Shown here piece by piece: positions 38,000-47,875 of a stretch of DNA of 64,000 nt. The stretch covers positions 7,809 to 71,808 of the forward strand of contig JAXHLF010000029.1 of the NCBI GenBank assembly GCA_034522515.1, given 5' to 3'. This stretch comes from Bacteroidales bacterium. Its GTDB lineage: Bacteria; Bacteroidota; Bacteroidia; Bacteroidales; VadinHA17. A program made the position numbers and the translations under genes. Numbering within the stretch: the stretch's first letter is position 1; each line of letters starts with the position of its first letter. The notes below the pieces were generated by a model that searched no databases, was not told the origin of the DNA, and saw only the letters and a list, made by a program, of their open reading frames with translations.

Positions 38000-39528
38000 A
38001 GTCTATTGTCGGGAGGTTTACTTTCAGCGCATACTCGCGGGCAATGCCTTTACCAGGTACAAGGATGTATTTGACCAGGCTGGCTTTGCCATAATGCTCA
38101 TCGACAACAAAACCAACAGGTTCATCAAGGTGAACCATGCTGCTGCCAAACCTTCGGCTACACCGAGGAGGAGCTCCCGGAGAAGATGACTCCACTCGAT
38201 CTCTCCACCGAACCGGAAGAGGACAGGCGAAATATCGGCAAGGAGAGCCGAAAGCGCCATTGTAAGACCCTCCCGGCGCAAGGACAGAAAGATCATTATC
38301 GTCAAGGTTCAGACCGTCACTCCGACCGCTTCCAGTGTGAGCCTCGTCAGTGATGTCACAGAGGAGTACCGCATCAGGCGTGCACTGGAGATGAATAACG
38401 AAACGTATAAGGGAGGCTGCAGTTAATTGGCCGTTTCGGCTGGTGGGAAGTACCGTCCGGAAACGAATATGTCCATGGGTTCGGAAGAGATTTAGAGAAT
38501 ATATAACGACGAAATCTCAAGTCTCTCTCACTTCCCAGGACAACATCTCATACACTCACCCGGAAGACAGGTCATACCTTATATCGGCCATTGAGGAGGC
38601 GATGGGAGAAGAAGGAGTCCTACTCCATGACATCCCGGATCATCACCCGAAGGGAAATGTAAAGGCCATCACGATCAACGCCTCGGTCAAGTATGATGAG
38701 AACGGCAGAATGCTCTACCGTTACGGGACATGCCAGGATATCACCAGACGCAAAGGATCATGGATGACCTGATTGCCGCACGGCGTCGGGCCGAAAGATT
38801 CTGACAGGCTGAAGACAACCTTCCTTGCGAACTTCAGCCATGCAAATTCGCGGCCCGCTCAATGCGATGCTGGGCTTACCTGAATATTTTCACCTCAATG
38901 AACGCGACAGAGACGGAAAAAAGAAGAAATGGTGAAGCTTTATCGAAGTTAACTCGCAGCGTCTGCTTTCGTCTTATCAATGACGTGATTCCAATCTATT
39001 CCACATAAAGAGCGACAGCGTGGAGATAGAGTACACCAACTTAAGGGTCAACGGGTTCATAAAATCGATGGCATCGTCGTTCGCCTATGAGCTGGAGGCG
39101 GCAGGAAAGAAGAAATATTGAAGATTACCTCTGTTGTTGAAGAAAACAAAAATGCTGTATATCAATATATTGACGAGCTGCGACTGACCCAAATCATCAG
39201 CAACCTGGTGAGCAACGCCATCAAGAACCCCGCAGAAGAGGAGATCGAATACCGGTACAGGATCTCGAGATCAGATAACAGGTACACGATAACCTCCTTT
39301 GTAAGCAACACGGAACGGGGCATTGAGCCTGACAGGCTTAATGACATTTTCCTCCCGTTCGTGCAGTACTGGGCTGAGGATCGTGCCCAAGGTTCAGGGT
39401 GCCGGTCTGGGGCTGGCTATATGCAGGCGCCTGACCGAGCTGATGAAGGGGCGCATATGGGTGGAGTCGCTGCCAAAAAGGGTTCATCGTTTTTATTCTC
39501 GTTCAGCACTCCGGTGATGATCGAGTGA
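38000..39528 (+). pseudogene. Cytoplasmic PAS-domain sensor histidine kinase, heavily frame-disrupted (5' boundary approximate)
   Basis: PAS-like stretches occur in mixed frames (GFAIMLIDNKTNRFIKVN..., 38443..38772). The H-box reads RLKTTFLANFSHAIRGPLNAMLG near 38810-38880. ORF 39118..39528 plus an alternate frame give the HATPase N/G boxes (LTQIISNLVSNAIKN; GAGLGLAICRRLTELMKGRIWVES). Confidence 0.6.
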
Positions 39529-39612
39529 TTTTAAAAATTCAAAATTTGTTTATCTTTGTCCCCGCCCGTAACATCAGCCCCGGTAGGTTTAGTCCTCCAG
39601 CCGGCGGATGAC

Positions 39613-39698
39613 GGGCGATAAGGAACGTTGCACCTCGGTGGGTTTAGAGCTCTTGTTTGACAGGCGAGAGGTCACTGGTTGGATTCCAGTACGCCCCA
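39613..39698 (+). tRNA. tRNA-Val(GAC)-like gene with a non-canonical 5' half (possible pseudo-tRNA or error-damaged tRNA)
   Basis: Canonical parts are the D-arm-like cctc-ggtgggttta-gagc, anticodon stem cttgt/gcgag with loop ttGACag (anticodon 39659-39661), variable loop aggtc, and T-arm actgg-ttggatt-ccagt. Anomalies are an ~11-nt extra segment between the acceptor (gggcgat) and the D-stem, G instead of C in the T-loop, and a 3' acceptor strand acgcccc that lacks one base to pair with gggcgat. Confidence 0.4.
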
Positions 39699-39711
39699 CG
39701 AAAATTCAGAG

Positions 39712-39733
39712 AACCGCTTAACGCGGTTTTTTT
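39712..39733 (+). terminator. Intrinsic terminator hairpin (aaccgc-ttaac-gcggtt) plus T7 run
   Basis: It lies 13 nt after the tRNA-like 3' end. On the opposite strand it sits at the end of the SPOR gene. Confidence 0.6.
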
Positions 39734-40230
39734 ATTGAATAGACCCATGCATCAGGATTAACGGTCTTTCTGACGGACGGGAGGGTGGCGCCGGCCTCCT
39801 CCGGTGATGAGTAACTGCCGTAACTGATACAAGATCCATATCCCTACAGCATTGGAGGAAGTATTATAATATCAGCATCGTAATCGCTTGTATATTTTTA
39901 GTTTGTCCGTTTGAGCCTGGCCGATGTCACTGAAGCTTGCCACGATAAGGTAGTAAGCACCGCCGTGTCCCGGGGTAACCTTTTCTTCTGAGGGTACAAC
40001 CGTTTCTGACAGAGCGCCTGCACCTGAGGATGCCTCAGTCTCCGCCGGAGCCTCTGCCTCCATTTATCCGGTTCCAGGATAGCCTCATCAACAATATTTG
40101 TTTCAGCAACGGGATTAGCGGCAACGGCCGGATAGATGCCAATGCCGATATCAGGGTCAGGCATAAAATTGTTCGCCCAGAAGTATAGGATAAAAAAGAG
40201 GATGGCGCTTATCGGAGCAAATTTCTTCAT
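39732..40230 (-). pseudogene. SPOR-domain protein (N-terminal membrane anchor), frame breaks; 3' end approximate
   Basis: ORF 39898..40230 (MKKFAPISAILFFILYFWANN...) and 39872..40063 (...GGAYYLIVASFSDIGQAQ...). Shifted frames downstream read GYDADII... and YGSYSSPEEAGATLPSVRKTVNPDAWVY, completing a SPOR fold. Confidence 0.6.
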
Positions 40231-40602
40231 CAGATCATATTAAGCATTCTCAAAGAAATACCCGGAGACATCTTCCGATCACCCAGATGCATGGCGGCAT
40301 GTGTACAGGGTCAAATTTATGTCAGAATAAATCCGCATTCAAATTTATTTATCAACGGTATCCCAATATTTAAACTCCTAAGGGGTATAAATTGTTTGAT
40401 CAACACACCTTTTTCTGCCATACTTAATGCTCTGCGCGCATTGGATTCCCCGAACACCGAAGGTCTTTAACAACCAACTGATCAACGATGCTTTTTAATG
40501 TCTTGCATATTCAATCTATTTCCAGGTGACAACGCTGATAATGAAGCAACAAAAGAGGGAAGTGCCGGGCCGGCGGTGAGGATGTCCACAACCTGCCGGC
40601 CT

Positions 40603-40718
40603 CCGCCGGCAGCTGCGTATATGTCCATGCACGTCAACGCCGATGCGTACGGCATCCGCCAGCAGCTGCGTATATGCCCATGCACGTTGACGCCGATGCG
40701 TACCGGCATCCGCCGGCG
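40603..40718. repeat. ~54-bp tandem repeat x2.2 just upstream of the sensor-kinase start
   Basis: ccgcc(g/a)gcagctgcgtatatg(t/c)ccatgcacgt(c/t)(a/g)acgccgatgcgtac(c)ggcat is repeated at 40603-40655 and 40656-40709, with a partial third unit. Confidence 0.85.
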
Positions 40719-40727
40719 ACTCTGCTC

Positions 40728-43603
40728 ATGGCAAAGCATATCATCCCCGCATTGTTTCTTTCGTGTTGCTCATGCTTGCAGCCCTGTCCGCCAGCCTGAC
40801 TTCGCCTGCCCAGACCTACCCTTACCGTGAGTACACCATCGATGACGGCTTGCCACAGTCGGAATCGATGGCCTTCTTCCAGGACAGCCGGGGGTTATCT
40901 GGGTCCGCACCCCGCAACGGCCTGGCGCGTTTTGACGGGCAAACCTTTATCCCTTACCTGCGCAAGGACGGTCTGCCTTCAAACATAGTGACACGCGTGA
41001 TTGAGGACCGCGCCGGTACCATCTGGGCAGTTACTTCAAACGGACTTGCCAGGTTCAACGGGAGGAATTTTAAAAGCTACCCGGTGCCCGACTCTCTCAG
41101 AATAAAAAACATGGGCTTTGGTTGCGATCTGGGCGACACGGCAACCTTCCTGCTCTCCGGCTCCTTTGAAACAGAACAGCGACAAGATCCTGCTGTTCAG
41201 GAAAGGCAAATACTATGATTTTGCATTATGGCAGCCGGTCCTTTCCGGAAAAGCACTTGCTCCCGCAGCCTTTGACACCCGGGACTCCGCACTCTATCTT
41301 TTAAGCACCGGATTCAGGAGGTTTACAAGCTTCTTAATGAAACACTTACCCTTATTCATGAAGGGCCGGTGACAAAAGTTACGATTACTGAGGATGGTCC
41401 TCTGTTTATTAATGAAGCTTATGAAAATGAAGTCAGGTACTGCAATGCTTGAGACGGGGGCAGGCGGCTTAATCCCGGACATCACAGACAGAGAGGGCAC
41501 CTCCTGGGTTAGAACAGAGAGCCGTATCTTCAGGCTGATATCCGATGCATTCATTGAATATGACAGGGAGAACGGCCTGCCTGAAAACACATGGGCGCTC
41601 GCAGCTGACCCGTCAGGCGGACTCTGGACAGGCTCAATCAACGGTGAACTTAAATATTTCAACGGCCATCAATTCATCGAAAGAAATGAATACCTCCGGC
41701 TCTATGATTCTCCTCCGGCTTTCTATCGCGGCAGCACAACCCTCTCCAACGGCGAGGTTTGGTTCTCAACAAATGTAGGAGTGCTTATCTGGGACGGGAA
41801 GAGCTTCAGAAAGCTTGACCTGCTTCCGGAACCTCTCCAGATCTGCATCATCTATGAGGATCCGGTCAACGGGAAGATACTCATCGGCTCAGATAAGGGC
41901 CTCTTTATCATCAAAGAGGGCATGAAGGTGACACACTACCCGCAGATGTCGTGGCTTGACTACGGAATCCCCGAAGGCATTGTGCGCGACCACGACGGCA
42001 ACTACTGGATCGCCGGGCACTAGGGCATTGTTTACTTTGACGGCAAGGATTTCGTACCCTTCCGTTCCGCTCCTGCGCCGGTAGAGATGGTTTGGGAGTG
42101 GTATGTGATTATATGGGTAACATCTGGAGCGCAGGATCAGACGGATTATTCATCTGCGACCCGGACGAACCGGTATTCTATAAAGGCACTGCCTAATGAA
42201 ATCAACCTCCCCGCCAACGTCATACGTGACCTGGGAGACAAAAGGCTCCTCACTGGCCGGATGACGGATATCTGCATCATTGACCTTGAGAAATATTACT
42301 CCGGGCAGCCCGACTATTATTCAATCATCGGCCGCAGCAGGGGATTCACGGGCAACGACTGCCAGGACAACGGCATTGCCAGGGATGCCGGCGGAAAATG
42401 GTGGATCCTTTCCTCGGACAAACTCATCCGTTTTGATCCCGAAAAAATAGTCAAAAACGAGTACCCGCCGATGAGCCATCTTACGCTCGTTGAGTTCCCC
42501 GGTGACACCTCAGACTGGGTTACGGCCATTGACAGCTCCCTCTATTATGAAAAGGAGGAGCAAGCTGACCACATCCAGGGAAGGCAGAACAGCATCAGGA
42601 TAAGCTATACCGGCATCTCAACCAGAAACCCCGAGGATGTGACTTTCAGGTACCGGATGAAAGGCCTCGGCGATACCTGGTCAAAGAGAACCAAAGAGCG
42701 TTCGGGTGCTCTACACCGACCTCCCTCCCGGCAAATACATCTTTGAAGTAAGTGCCATCAATGCCGACGGCGTGGCCTCGGAGGAGCCCGACACGCTTGA
42801 GTATCAATGTTGTTCCCACATTCCTGCAGTCGCTCTTTGCCCGTATAATGTTGACTCGTTGCTGGCACTGGCCCTCGTTATTTTTCTCTCGATGCAGATC
42901 CGCAGGAGCGTTCTTGAACGAAAGATCGAAACCTGCCCGGCAGCAGGCTGAGAGCTACCGGCTGCAGCTGAATTCAGTGATAAAGCAGTTTGACCCGCAC
43001 TTCACCTTCAATGCCGTCACCTCAGTGGGCTCACTCATCATGAAAGGGGAAAAGGAGAAGGCCTACAACTATTTCATCAAGCTCTCAAACCTCCTTCGCT
43101 CCATCATCTCTGACAGTACTGTCCTGCTCAAGCCCCTGGAGCAGGAGCTGGAGTTTGTGACACGTTACTGCGAACTGCAGAAGCTCCGCTTCGGCAGCCG
43201 GTTTGATTACACCATCACCGTGAGGGAAGATGTAGATATTAAGGCCCCCGTACCCAAGATGATCATCCAGTCGTTCGCTGAAAACGCCATCGAGCACGGT
43301 CTCGAAAACAAAGAAGGGGCAAGGGATCATGGAGGTAATTGTAGCCAGCAGGGAAGAGGGTATAGATCTTATAGTGAGTGATAACGGCATTGGAAGAGCT
43401 GCCGCCTCAGAGCTGCAGACAGGGGGGGCCGGCACCGGACTGAAAAATATAGCCAGCATAATTGAGACAATGAACAGGGCCAACAAGAGAAGATCACCTT
43501 TGCGCTTAAGGATCTGTACAATAACGGAAAAGCAGCCGGAACAGAGGTGAAGGTGTTCCTTCCGCATAACTATTCCCTGGATTTCCCGTATGACAGCATA
43601 TAA
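40728..43603 (+). pseudogene. Sensor kinase: signal peptide + two-component-regulator propeller repeats + Y_Y_Y + LytS/YehU-type His_kinase/HATPase, many frame breaks
   Basis: The ATG at 40728 (MAKHIIPALFLS) joins 40763.. (LLMLAALSASLTSPAQ). Pieces are 40763..41218, 41394..42023 and 42087..42746 (propeller-like GL..N.V repeats), 42706..42951 (Y_Y_Y-like) and 42752..43381 (FDPHFTFNAVTSVGSLI...LEFVTRYCELQKLRFGSRF). The end is ...GTEVKVFLPHNYSLDFPYDSI* at ~43603. Confidence 0.75.
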
Positions 43604-43629
43604 GCTGAAGGACATAAAAAGATCACCAT

Positions 43630-44393
43630 ATGAATGACCGGAAAATCAGGACGATGATCGTTGAAGATGAGCAGGAGGCCCTCGAACTGCTGGCAGCATT
43701 GCTGGATGGCCACAGGCCTTGCCACAGTCGTAGCATCAACTTCCGATCCCTACGAAGCAGTTGACCTCCTCAACAGCCATGATCCTGACATGCTTTTCCT
43801 GGACATCCGGATGCCGGGGATGTCGGGATTTGATATCCTGAACGAACTGCGCCGGCTGAACACGGCGAGTCCTCATGTGGTTTTCACCACGGCCCACGAC
43901 GAGTATGCGATAAAGGCTTTTGACTATGCCGCCTTCGATTACCTGCTCAAGCCCATTGATCCGGACCGTCTTCTGGAGACCCTTCAGCGGTTCAGGCACT
44001 AACGAGCAAAAAGGTGAAGCCGAGCGTTCAGAGGCCCTTTTTGGCAATGAAAGGATACTTATCTTCAGGGGTGTTACAGGGGTGATATTCATTGACCCGG
44101 ACGATGTTATGTTCATCACCGCCGACGGGAATTACTCCAATTTTAATTTCGACTCCGGGAGAGATTGAGACGGGTGACAGCCCTCTCGGGTCCGTTGAGC
44201 CACACCTGGGAAAGCTGTTCTTCAGAACAGGGCGGGTCATGCATCGTCAACACCACATACCTTGCACGCATTGACCTGAAGCAGATGCAGTGCGTATTCA
44301 TCAGGGAGGACAAGGAATTCAGCTGCGAGATCTCGCGTAGACAAGGTGAAGCAGCTCATGGATCACATGAAAAGACGCATCACGGAAATCTAA
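43630..44393 (+). pseudogene. LytTR-family response regulator, frame breaks
   Basis: The ATG at 43630 gives MNDRKIRTMIVEDEQEALELL. ORF 43661..44002 carries the receiver domain (DMLFLDIRMPGMSGFDIL...FDYLLKPID). LytTR pieces are at 43920..44168 and 44165..44446, and a shifted frame ends ...QVKQLMDHMKRRITEI* at 44393. Confidence 0.75.
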
Positions 44394-44670
44394 ATATTAA
44401 AGTCATCAGCCAGTGTACACCTCAATACAGTCCTTCCGTACATTAGATGCACCCTTTCATACAATGGAGTCATCAAATTCCTTTGAGTTGCAATTTATTT
44501 GTGCAATATTTGGGCCAACAAGACTTTTATAAGAAGGCAGAAAAGGGTTTTAAGTAGAAGGAATTGACAGGTGGTTCTTCCCCCATTTTCCTGTCAGGCC
44601 ACACAGATCAACGATGCCCAACGCATCAATTTGAGGTCTGTGTGGCGGCGTTTTAGAGGGTACCGGTTAT

Positions 44671-44870
44671 TCCCCTCTCCCCCCCCCCCAGATTTTTCCC
44701 CCTCTCCTCTCCCCCAGATTTTTCCCCCCCTCTTTACCCCCCAAAGCTACCCCCTCTTCCTCGCCCCCAGATTCCCCCCCCTCCACCACCCACAGCTATT
44801 TCCCCTCTTCCCCCACTATTTCCCCTCTTCATCCCCAACTATTTTCTCTCTTCTCCCCCATTTCGATCTT
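44671..44870. repeat. C/T-rich (minus-strand polypurine) degenerate tandem array, ~8-9 units of 19-27 bp
   Basis: Units resemble cccccagatttttccccctctcctct / cccccagatttttccccccctcttta / ccccactatttcccctcttcat.... The array lies at or just past the 3' end of fucosidase 1. Confidence 0.75.
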
Positions 44871-46300
44871 CATCACCCAGACATGGTCCGAGGGCGGGTT
44901 CTTTCTCACCTGATGCGGCACTGTCACACGGTAAATGAGTCTCTTCCGTTTTGCCAGCTGCACTTTGTTCCGGAACCCAGCACCGAGACCCTTGATCCTG
45001 CCGGAAGAGTCAGTCCCCTCATCGTCGCCGAGGAAGGCATTTTCTCACCCTCGCCGGCCATATAGAAAAGATACATCACCTCATCTCCCTTGCTGTTGAT
45101 ACACACCTTGCCATCTTTGTAGGGGGCCATGGCCCTGGTGCCGTATATCGCTTCGCCGTTGATCTTTCATCCACTTTCCCATCTCATTGAGCAGTGTGTA
45201 TGCCCCTTCAGGCCATGTTCCGTCAGGTGCCGGGCCTATGTTCAGAAGAAGGTTTCCGCCCTTGACAACTATATCTACCAGCAGTTGAACAGCCTCCCGT
45301 CCTGACATGAACTTAGGGTCAGGCACCCAGGCCCATCCGCCGCCGGCAATAATGCACGACTCCCACGGGATATGGCAGCGCCTCTGACGGCACCCTGTTC
45401 TCAGGGGTGAGATAATTCTGATTCTTTCCATAAACTGCACGGTCAACCACTATCATCCCGGGTTGCTTTTCCCTCACTTTCGCAACCAGCTCATCCATCC
45501 GTATATCCTGGCTCTGTGTGCGTACAAACCTGTGGGGAGGGAGACATAAGATACTCCCTCTCCTCCTCCTGGCTCATCTTCCGCACCCATCCGCCCGTCA
45601 AGCCAGAGGATATCTACCTTGCCGTAATCGCCGCCGGCGAGCTCCATGATCTGACCATGGGTGAACTCCACGAATTTTTCCCACCGCTCGGGATAATTTA
45701 TTGATATTGTCGTTCACATTGCGGTCGGGGGTGGCGAAGTTGGGCCACCAGTAGTTTTCGTTGTGCCAGTCGGGCTTGGAGAAATATGCCCCTGTCCAGA
45801 AGCCCTGCTCCCTGAAGGCGCCAAACACCTCCTTCGTCACGTTCGCCCGAGGGGTTTACGCTGAAGGGACACCCCGGGTCAGTGATCTTATAGTCAGTGA
45901 GCCTTGTGTCAAACATCGAAAAGCCGTCGTGGTGCTTGGTGGTGAAAACAACATACTTCATCCCGGCGTTCTTTGCCGCGGCGGCCCACTTTTCAGGATT
46001 GAACCCGACGGGGTTAAAGCTCATTTTAAGAGCTTCGTACTGCTTCTTGTACTCCATATAATCAGGATTTTTCCTCCGGCACCAGTCCTCATCCTCGGCG
46101 CAGATCGACCATGATTCTACAATTCCCCACTGGCTGTAGGGGCCCCAGTGCATCAGCAGCCCGAATTTCAGATCCTGCCACTGTTCCAGCTTCTGCAGGA
46201 CAAGTGGGTCTGTCTCGGGAACATATCTCTCATCATGCTCCTGGGCCGACAGAGGGGGCATGAGGCCCGCTATAAGCAGCATTATTAAATATCTTTTCAT
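44829..46300 (-). pseudogene. GH29 alpha-L-fucosidase 1, several frame breaks; 3' end approximate
   Basis: Pieces are 45698..46300 (signal MKRYLIMLLIAGLMPPLSAQ; FGLLMHWGPYSQWG; TKHHDGFSMFDT), 45598..45840, 45474..45671, 45081..45446 (GGNLLLNIGPAPDGTWPE) and 44924..45130. Confidence 0.8.
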
Positions 46301-46393
46301 ATCGCAAGGTATTTACTGAATACGATCTGATTCCTGGGTGAAGAAATCTGACCCGGATATCGTCCTGGTTTTGTCTGTGGTTGTGCTCTTTCT

Positions 46394-47821
46394 TTAGCTC
46401 GTCGTCCCGGGGCGACTGGTTATTCCGTTTTCAGCTTCCCGTCGAGGGAGAGGCCTATGACTGTCATCTTCTTCATCAAGCACCTCTTCGGGCACCTTTA
46501 TGAAGTAGACTCCGGCATGGCTGCTCCACCATGGCCTGAGATATTCCTTCGCCTCCAGGGTGGTGCCATTACCTACCACGAAGGCCTTGTTTATCCTGTT
46601 CTTTACTCCCTCGAGCATCAGCTCACCTGCGCCGTCACCGGCGAAAAAGAGAGATACTGTTGTGCTGTAAGGACTCATGGTTGAGGGACCCGCGAAGTGT
46701 CCGTCTGGCAGTCCTGCCCGGGTGCCGTATATCGCCTGGCTGTGCTTTGTGGTCCAGCGGCCCAGCTCCTTCAGCACCTCAGCCTGCTCGTCGGGTATGG
46801 TGCCGTCAGCCTTTGGCCCGATGTAGAGCAACAGGTTGCCGCCCATGCCGATGCACTCGGCAAAGATGCGTATCACCTGCGCCGGGCTCTTGTAATTCCT
46901 GTCGTTGCCCTGGTAGCCCCATGAATCATTGATGGTCATGCAGAGCTCCCAGTGCTTATCCTGCGGCCTCCTTGTCGGCAGTCCCTGTTCAGGAGTGGCA
47001 TAATCGCCGTAGCCTGCCAGCCGCGAGTTGATTATTGCCGAGGGATTATAATCAAGTATCATCCTGCGTATCTCCGGTGCCCTCCATTGTGCGGCGCCCT
47101 GTTCCCAGTCGCCGTCAAACCAGTAGAGGTCAGGACGGAACTCAGTGCCAAGCTCGGTTATCTGTCCGTGGTTGAACTTGACAAAACGCTCCCAGCGCAG
47201 TGAATCGGCCGTATAGCGTTTAACACTCTTCGTCATGTTTGGATAGTCGGGATGTGACCAGTCGAGCAGCGAATAATAGAGCCCCACCTTCAGTCCCGCC
47301 TCCCTCAGCGCCTTCACGAACGGTTTTACCAGGTCACGGCCGGCGGGCGTTGTGTCAGCCACATTGAGACGGCTCAGCTCTGTATCCCACAGGGCCACCC
47401 CGTCATGGTGCTTTGATGTCAGCACGGCATAGCGTGCCCCGCTCTCCTTTATCAGTCCCGACCATCCCTCCGGGTCATAATCAGACGCGGTGAAACCCTG
47501 AAGCTGTTTCATATAGTCGTCATAGCTGATCAGCTCATTGAAGAATGACCACGATTCGTCAATGCCGTTTACCGCATATATACCCCAGTGGATGAATATC
47601 CCCAGCTTCGCATCTGCAAACCACTTCATGCGTTGGGCATCCGTCATCTGAGAAGCCTCCCGCGACACTGCATTATCCTGTCCCTGACCGGTCCCCCTCT
47701 CCCGCCTCCGCCTCCCTCTCCTATCTCCCCCCCCCCTCTCCCCTCTCCCAGCCTCACCAGCCTGGCCGGCTGACGTCATTAAAAAAAAAAATAGCAGAAC
47801 GGCCGTCATGAGCCGCCGCAA
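46394..47821 (-). CDS. GH29 alpha-L-fucosidase 2 (intact ORF; G/R/E-rich insert after the signal peptide)
   Basis: 475-aa ORF with a TTG at 47821 or an ATG at 47809. LGIFIHWGIYAV, SKHHDGVALWDT, GGNLLLYIGPKADGTIPDE. Confidence 0.85.
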   Translation of the reverse strand: MRRLMTAVLLFFFLMTSAGQAGEAGRGERGGGDRRGRRRRERGTGQGQDNAVSREASQMTDAQRMKWFADAKLGIFIHWGIYAVNGIDESWSFFNELISYDDYMKQLQGFTASDYDPEGWSGLIKESGARYAVLTSKHHDGVALWDTELSRLNVADTTPAGRDLVKPFVKALREAGLKVGLYYSLLDWSHPDYPNMTKSVKRYTADSLRWERFVKFNHGQITELGTEFRPDLYWFDGDWEQGAAQWRAPEIRRMILDYNPSAIINSRLAGYGDYATPEQGLPTRRPQDKHWELCMTINDSWGYQGNDRNYKSPAQVIRIFAECIGMGGNLLLYIGPKADGTIPDEQAEVLKELGRWTTKHSQAIYGTRAGLPDGHFAGPSTMSPYSTTVSLFFAGDGAGELMLEGVKNRINKAFVVGNGTTLEAKEYLRPWWSSHAGVYFIKVPEEVLDEEDDSHRPLPRREAENGITSRPGTTS

Positions 47822-47875
47822 AATTTTCTGTCACCAGCGTTCATTGTTTTTTTCTTCTGTAAAATTTATGAAAAG

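Noticed and set aside
37959-38305. Minus-strand ORFs 37959..38195 and 38024..38305 as small genes downstream of pbpC
   Set aside because: They are antisense to recognisable PAS-domain coding sequence of the degraded histidine kinase on the plus strand and show no features of their own.
39560-39700. tmRNA or SRP RNA interpretation of the structured region before the terminator. The minus strand contains GGGGCTGA, which resembles a tmRNA 5' end.
   Set aside because: The T-arm-like element is on the plus strand, opposite to the GGGGCTGA. I could find no tag-reading-frame or ...CCACCA-type 3' end on the minus strand, and no SRP domain IV motif. The tRNA-Val-like parse explains more of the sequence.
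44571-45065. 164-aa proline-rich plus-strand ORF (PPPPDFSPSPLPQIFPPLF...)
   Set aside because: It is simply the translation of the C/T-rich tandem array and of the antisense of the fucosidase 1 C-terminus, so it is not a credible protein.
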